20,000 nt of DNA from an uncultured virus (IMG/VR IMGVR_UViG_3300030376_003496) (taxonomy: Duplodnaviria; Heunggongvirae; Uroviricota; Caudoviricetes): IMG/VR virus record IMGVR_UViG_3300030376_003496, one strand, 5' to 3'. The notes beneath the pieces are model-generated. The model had not been told where the DNA came from and made no database searches. It worked only from the letters and a program-made list of their open reading frames with translations. Numbering within the stretch: the first letter of the stretch is position 1; each line of letters opens with the position of its first letter. Of the stretch, positions 14,787-20,000 are shown piece after piece. Position numbers and translations under genes: made by a program.

Positions 14787-16499
14787 ATGGAAATCATATG
14801 GGACATCGAAGCCAACGGCCTCGCGTATCCGTCAATCGACAAAAAAGGAAACTCCATACCCCGTGCAGAAAGGGTTTGGTGCATCGTGGCAAGAGAAGCA
14901 GGCTCTGAGAGAGTCTACACGTACGGCCCCAACGACATCGAGCGGGGCATTGACTTTCTTAGCCGCGCTACTCTTTGGATTGGTCATAATCTTATCGGGT
15001 ACGACATCCCCGTTCTTTCTCGACTTGGCCTTGTTCGTAGCTGCCCTGTACTTGATACTCTCATTGTTTCTAGATTGATGTATCCTGATAAGCAGGATGT
15101 CAAGTTCCCTCTGCACGACAAGAAAGGGCGGCATAGCCACTCATTGGAAGCATGGGGTCGGAAACTTGAGGATAACAAACAGGATTACGACGGCGGCTGG
15201 GAACATTACTCTGAAGAAATGCTGGAGTACTGTATCCAAGACGTTGCAGTAAATGAAAAGATCTATAACTATCAAAAAGAATGGATCGAGGAGAACCGTA
15301 AGGTAGTGCAGTTCGAGCACCTTGTTGGGCATGTATGTGCCGACATGACAAAGAACGGTTTTCGGTTTGACTGTGAAGCAGCTAGTGAATTGCAACGAGA
15401 ATTGCTTGGCACTAAGGCTGACATCGAAGATAACCTTCAACAAACATTTCCTACTCTTGTAGAGGAACGCTGGTCAGAAAAGACTGGTAAACGATTGAAG
15501 GATAAAGTCACGGTGTTTAACCCCGCTTCAACCAAACAGATTGCCGAACGGTTTAAAGTAAAGTATAGTTGGAAAGCCCCTGTCAGTGAGAAGGGGAATC
15601 CAAACTGCGACACCAAGGTATTGAAGTCATTGAAGTTTCCAGAAGCCCGCTCTATCCTTGAGTACCGTGATGCCCAGAAGTTGCTGGGTATGGTGGACGA
15701 TTGGATGTTGCGGGCTTGTGTGTCTGGTGCTGGTACAATTCATGGGCAGTTTAACCACCAAGGTGCAGCGACTGGTCGTGCTACGCACTCACAGCCAAAC
15801 ATCGCACAAGTCGATAAGAACCCTAAATCACGCAGGCTTTGGAAGCCTCATGACGGTCATGTCCAAGTTGGCTCTGACCTGAGTGGCCTTGAGCTACGTA
15901 TGTTGGCTCATCAGATGGCCGAGTTTGATGGCGGTGCTTATGCTAAAGAAATTCTTGAGGGTGATATTCATACCACCAACATGAATGCCGCAGGCTTGAG
16001 TGATAGGGACCAAGCAAAAACATTTATTTACGGTTTCCTATATGGTGCCGGATCAGAAAAGATTGGTCAGATTGTTGGGGGCAATGCCCGTGATGGTCAG
16101 CAACTTAAAGATAAATTCCTAAGGCGATTGCCTGCACTTAAGAAAGTTATTCAGAATGTCCAATTCCAATCGGCTAAGTATGGTAGTGTTGTTCTCTTGG
16201 ATGGTCGCCGTGTTCCTGTACGGAGTGATCACGCAGCTCTTAACACTTTACTACAGGGAAATGGTGCAGTTGTTTCTAAACTCTGGATCGTACTGGCCCA
16301 TCGGTCCCTTTCCTCCAAGGGGGTAAAGATGATGGGTTGGATTCATGACGAGATCCAAACGTCTTGTCCTCCAAACATTGCCGAAGAAACGGGCAAAGAA
16401 CTGGTGCGATGCGCCCAAGAAACAGGAAGAAAGCTTGGCATTAGAATGCCGGTAGACGCAGAGTATGTGATTGGAGAATCATGGGCAGATACCCACTAG
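14787..16499 (+). CDS. Family A DNA polymerase (T7 gp5-like) with 3'-5' exonuclease
   Basis: Exo motifs DIEANG, GHNLIGYD, YCIQDV; polymerase motifs ATGRATHSQPN, DLSGLELR, RDQAKTFIYGFLYG, IHDE. Confidence 0.97.
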   Translation: MEIIWDIEANGLAYPSIDKKGNSIPRAERVWCIVAREAGSERVYTYGPNDIERGIDFLSRATLWIGHNLIGYDIPVLSRLGLVRSCPVLDTLIVSRLMYPDKQDVKFPLHDKKGRHSHSLEAWGRKLEDNKQDYDGGWEHYSEEMLEYCIQDVAVNEKIYNYQKEWIEENRKVVQFEHLVGHVCADMTKNGFRFDCEAASELQRELLGTKADIEDNLQQTFPTLVEERWSEKTGKRLKDKVTVFNPASTKQIAERFKVKYSWKAPVSEKGNPNCDTKVLKSLKFPEARSILEYRDAQKLLGMVDDWMLRACVSGAGTIHGQFNHQGAATGRATHSQPNIAQVDKNPKSRRLWKPHDGHVQVGSDLSGLELRMLAHQMAEFDGGAYAKEILEGDIHTTNMNAAGLSDRDQAKTFIYGFLYGAGSEKIGQIVGGNARDGQQLKDKFLRRLPALKKVIQNVQFQSAKYGSVVLLDGRRVPVRSDHAALNTLLQGNGAVVSKLWIVLAHRSLSSKGVKMMGWIHDEIQTSCPPNIAEETGKELVRCAQETGRKLGIRMPVDAEYVIGESWADTH

Positions 16500-17014
16500 T
16501 TGTATATTTATATAGTAATTTAGATCACCCAAACAAGTGGCAAAATATCATACATCGGCTTTTAATTGGCCCTGCAAAATGGACTCATATAGGTATTTCT
16601 GTGGGCCAAGCGCATTTCTTTTTTACGCATACTCAGGGATCGGTAGTTACTACTAATAAAGCCGTATTTAAATTGATGAAGCCTCATACGTTATTGTTTC
16701 TTCCTAGTGTTGAAATAACACTAGAAAAACTAAAAGAAATAATGCCTAAATATTCTTCTTATTCTAAATGGGATATGTTTTATTACGGATTGTCTAGATT
16801 TATTCCCCTTAAATATGTAGGATACACACGACCTAAAACATGTGGAGAGGGTACGTGTAAAGTGTTAAATGGGTTAGGTATTCCAGTACCGCCCTTTGAT
16901 GGCTATAACATAGAAAACATTAGGAGATGGTTACATGAAAATAATTTCGTTCTCTGGGAGAGCAGGTATCGGGAAAACAACAATAGTAAGAGAACTGATG
17001 GGTCATCTGTATGA
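16481..17014 (+). CDS. Putative permuted papain-like (NlpC/P60, YaeF/YiiX-type) protein
   Basis: WTHIGI (His) precedes YSKWD and TCGEGTCKVL (Cys), the permuted order; start uncertain; AT-rich. Confidence 0.5.
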   Translation: MGRYPLVVYLYSNLDHPNKWQNIIHRLLIGPAKWTHIGISVGQAHFFFTHTQGSVVTTNKAVFKLMKPHTLLFLPSVEITLEKLKEIMPKYSSYSKWDMFYYGLSRFIPLKYVGYTRPKTCGEGTCKVLNGLGIPVPPFDGYNIENIRRWLHENNFVLWESRYRENNNSKRTDGSSV

Positions 17015-17672
17015 AGATGGTTTCTTTCCAGTCTACCTTCCTTTTGCTGCCGCTCTTAAAGAAGAAGCAGATAAAGCTGGTTACGGCAAAGAAGAAGATC
17101 CAGTAGGATATAGAAAGTATTGCCAAAACTGGGGCGCAAAGATGCGCGAACAAAATCAAGACTACTGGATTGATAAATGGGTGGAGCAATATGAAAAACA
17201 TTTGTTTAAAGAAACGTCTGGAGAACGAGAGTCAGAAACAGTTATTCTCGTTGACGATTGTAGATATGTTAATGAAACAGAAGCAATTAAACTTAGAGGA
17301 GGCAAAACGGTTTTTATTGCAGGAGGAAAACGAACTCTTGCAAATGAAGATGGCCCTTGGAGAAAACATGAATCCGAAGCTCTTGCAAACCTTATTGAAA
17401 AAACTATTAACCACCGTCCCGAAGCTTTAACTCCTTTTTGTCATTTGTTCTGGAATAACAAAAGCTTAGAAGATCTAGAAGAAAATTTACTTATTGCTTA
17501 TGAAGACTGGCTTGAAGATGACCCCTGTGATTGTGAGTTATGTCTTGCGCGTAGAGAAGGAAGAGAACCTGATATGGGTACAGTTTTTGAAGAAATAAAA
17601 GAAATCTTGTTGTCAGAAAATATTGATCCCTCGGAGATTTTTAATGAAGATGCCGACAATAGCGATCCTTGA
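16935..17672 (+). CDS. Deoxynucleoside monophosphate kinase
   Basis: ISFSGRAGIGKTT P-loop, FAAALKE, RKYCQNWG...R...YWI, DDCRYVNE, HESE; AGGAG RBS. Confidence 0.85.
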   Translation: MKIISFSGRAGIGKTTIVRELMGHLYEDGFFPVYLPFAAALKEEADKAGYGKEEDPVGYRKYCQNWGAKMREQNQDYWIDKWVEQYEKHLFKETSGERESETVILVDDCRYVNETEAIKLRGGKTVFIAGGKRTLANEDGPWRKHESEALANLIEKTINHRPEALTPFCHLFWNNKSLEDLEENLLIAYEDWLEDDPCDCELCLARREGREPDMGTVFEEIKEILLSENIDPSEIFNEDADNSDP

Positions 17673-18342
17673 TGGAGATATCATTGCGTATAAATTAGCG
17701 TGTAAAGTAGATGTGTACGGCGATGAGTATCTTCTCCAAAATATTAGAGAGTATGTAGCTAGTTGGACTCCTTATGAATGCGATGAAGTTGTTCTGGCTT
17801 TTAGTTGTAGCCGAGAAGATAACTACCGTAGAAAATATTGGCCTGATTATAAAGCCCACCGAAGTAGTGTCTCTAAGCCCGACTCAATGATCGATGTAAT
17901 TAACTCAATAAAGGCGTTGTATAAGATTGCTTATACTCCTCACCTAGAGGCAGACGATCTGATGGGCAGGGAAGCCTCTGGCGAGAGAGCTATCGCTGTG
18001 ACCATTGACAAGGATCTAAGATGTACTCCGGGCTGGCACTGGAACCCTGACAAGGAATGGGAGCCTCGATACCTTACGGTAGAGCAGGCTGATCGTTTCT
18101 TTTACAAACAATGGCTTATGGGGGATAGTACAGATAAGATACCGGGCATCCCTAAGGTAGGCCCAGTTAAAGCAGATAGACTACTAGAACAAAATAGTCC
18201 CGCTAATTGGGAAGCTATTGTTATGGTAGAGTATGAAAAAAGGGGCTTGACAGAGGAATATGCCCTAAGTCAAGCAACTTCAGTTAGAATTTTAAGAGAT
18301 AAAGAAGAACCATGTTTATGGAAAACAAGCTGGATGGGTTAA
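17644..18342 (+). CDS. 5'-3' exonuclease (T7 gp6-like)
   Basis: ILDGDIIAY, NYRR...YKAHR, EADD, DKDL, GDSTDKIPGIPKVGPVKA. Confidence 0.93.
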   Translation: MKMPTIAILDGDIIAYKLACKVDVYGDEYLLQNIREYVASWTPYECDEVVLAFSCSREDNYRRKYWPDYKAHRSSVSKPDSMIDVINSIKALYKIAYTPHLEADDLMGREASGERAIAVTIDKDLRCTPGWHWNPDKEWEPRYLTVEQADRFFYKQWLMGDSTDKIPGIPKVGPVKADRLLEQNSPANWEAIVMVEYEKRGLTEEYALSQATSVRILRDKEEPCLWKTSWMG

Positions 18343-18377
18343 AAAACCCAGATATTAGCTACGAAGGGATACGAACA

Positions 18378-20000
18378 ATGAATTTTTTTGGTGATTTCAT
18401 CCATCAGTCTCGCTACGCAAAGTGGCGTAATGACCTCTCAAGACGAGAAACTTGGTCCGAAACAGTAGATCGATACTGGAATTGGATGTGCGGTAAATTC
18501 CCCATCCTTGAAACTAGAGAGGACATTAGAGAAGCAATTCTAAAAAAGAATATTATGCCCAGTATGAGAGCAATGATGACCGCTGGTCCCGCCGCTGATA
18601 GGGATAATACCTGTACTTATAACTGTTCTTATATTGCATTGGATAGTCCTAAAGCAATGCAGGAACTTTGTTATATTCTGATGAATGGCACCGGAGTAGG
18701 ATTTTCTGTCGAAGAAAGTGTAGTCGATCAGTGGCCTATGGTTCCTGAGTCTATCGAAAGAATTGATGAAGTCATTGAAGTAGAAGACTCCAAAGAAGGA
18801 TGGTCTATTGCTGTCTACGAACTTATGATGCACCTGTATGAAGGATGTCACCCTACGTGGGATGTCTCTAAGGTGCGGCCATCTGGGGCTAGGCTTAAGA
18901 CATTTGGAGGACGAGCTTCTGGACCCGGACCTCTTGAAGATGTGTTTAGATTTATTACTAACATGTTTTATAACAAAAAAGGCAAAAAGCTTAAGCCTAT
19001 AGATATCCACGACATTGCTTGCTCTATTGGTAATGCTATTGTTGTTGGAGGAGTACGTAGATCTGCTATGATTTCACTGTCAGATTTGACTGACTACGAC
19101 ATGGCTAAGTGTAAGTCAGGTAACTGGTGGGAGCAGGAGAGCCAGCGTTCTCTTGCTAACAACTCTGCTATTTATAATTCCAAGCCTTCAATGTCTGAGT
19201 TTCTTCAGGAATGGGCACATCTGTACGAGTCACGTTCAGGTGAGCGTGGTATCTTTAATCGATACGGAACTCAAAAGTGTATGGAAAACACTCAAAGAGA
19301 TAACAACTACAAGTTTGGTACTAACCCGTGCGGGGAGATTACTCTCCGAAGCAAGCAGTTTTGTAACCTTACAGAAGTAGTTATTAGATCAGAAGATTGT
19401 AGCATTGATATTGAAGAAAAGATCGAACAAGCTACTATCCTTGGCACACTCCAGTCATCCCTTACGCATTTCCCTTTCTTGTCCGAAGAATGGAAAAAGA
19501 ATAGCGAAGAAGAAAGATTGCTTGGAGTTTCACTAACTGGTATTTGGGATAATCCAATTACTTATGGAAAGATTTCTATGGGACAGCTTAGGGGGCGACT
19601 TAAAAGATGGAGAGAGTTGACCCATGAGATTAACGCTGACTGGGCTAACCGGATCGGTATTAATCCAAGTGCTGCAATCACAACGGTCAAGCCCTCAGGA
19701 ACCGTGTCCTGTCTTGTGGACTCTGCTTCAGGGATTCATCCGCGTTACGCGCAGCAGTACATTAGAAGAGTTAGAATGGATATCAAAGACCCCCTAAGCA
19801 CCCTCATGCTTGACCAAGGCGTACCGCACGAACCCTGCATGAATAACCCGGACTCCACTATCATCTTCGAGTTCCCGCTTGCCGCTCCGGCCAACGCTAT
19901 GACTCGTAACGAAGTCTCAGCTATGCGCCACCTTGAATTGTGGATGACATACAAAAAGTATTGGACTGATCACAACCCTTCAGTCACAATCGAATATACG
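18378..20000 (+). CDS. nrdJ: Class II (adenosylcobalamin-dependent) ribonucleotide reductase, 3'-truncated by the window; missing from the ORF track
   Basis: Hand translation from ATG 18378: SRYAKW...RRETWSETVDRY, MPSMRAMMTAG, YNCSY, LMNGTGVGFSVE, LKTFGGRASGP, GGVRRSAMI, GTNPCGEI, FCNLTEV, TTVKPSGTVS; no stop seen. Confidence 0.93.
   Translation, partial: MNFFGDFIHQSRYAKWRNDLSRRETWSETVDRYWNWMCGKFPILETREDIREAILKKNIMPSMRAMMTAGPAADRDNTCTYNCSYIALDSPKAMQELCYILMNGTGVGFSVEESVVDQWPMVPESIERIDEVIEVEDSKEGWSIAVYELMMHLYEGCHPTWDVSKVRPSGARLKTFGGRASGPGPLEDVFRFITNMFYNKKGKKLKPIDIHDIACSIGNAIVVGGVRRSAMISLSDLTDYDMAKCKSGNWWEQESQRSLANNSAIYNSKPSMSEFLQEWAHLYESRSGERGIFNRYGTQKCMENTQRDNNYKFGTNPCGEITLRSKQFCNLTEVVIRSEDCSIDIEEKIEQATILGTLQSSLTHFPFLSEEWKKNSEEERLLGVSLTGIWDNPITYGKISMGQLRGRLKRWRELTHEINADWANRIGINPSAAITTVKPSGTVSCLVDSASGIHPRYAQQYIRRVRMDIKDPLSTLMLDQGVPHEPCMNNPDSTIIFEFPLAAPANAMTRNEVSAMRHLELWMTYKKYWTDHNPSVTIEYT

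Noticed and set aside
14782..15078. 98-aa alternate-frame ORF with two hydrophobic segments (holin-like) over the DNA polymerase start
   Set aside because: It lies almost entirely within the conserved exonuclease domain, and Leu/Phe-rich shadow frames are expected from T-ending codons. It shares the GAGG RBS, so it is not fully excluded.
192..19954. All minus-strand ORFs in the track (e.g. 578..1006, 3999..4421, 18540..19010)
   Set aside because: They are antisense to well-supported + strand genes or tRNAs and show no recognisable motifs.
7372..20000. Introns, inteins or stop-codon recoding in RNAP, helicase, polymerase or RNR
   Set aside because: All read continuously in the standard code with normal motif spacing, and none of the tRNAs is a suppressor.

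Overview
This window is the early/middle region of a probably lytic T7-like (Autographiviridae-type) phage genome, with all credible genes on the + strand. From left to right: about 5 kb of small early hypothetical ORFs with structured and repeated intergenic elements; ThyX; a DUF932 protein; a tRNA cluster (Lys-UUU, Arg-UCU, Leu-UAA) interrupted by a Zn-finger micro-ORF and a degenerate citrate-synthase/citryl-CoA-lyase-fold gene (spanning a 76-N gap); a single-subunit T7-type RNA polymerase; a FliA-like sigma factor; a metallophosphoesterase; gp2.5-like SSB; RusA; gp4-like primase-helicase; family A DNA polymerase (Tyr762 type); a permuted papain-like ORF; dNMP kinase; gp6-like exonuclease; and a class II ribonucleotide reductase that runs off the right edge. 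The two most unusual observations are a sigma factor encoded beside a self-sufficient RNA polymerase, and a citrate-synthase-fold protein with rewritten catalytic residues inside the tRNA cluster. All calls come from motif recognition by eye; no searches were run.
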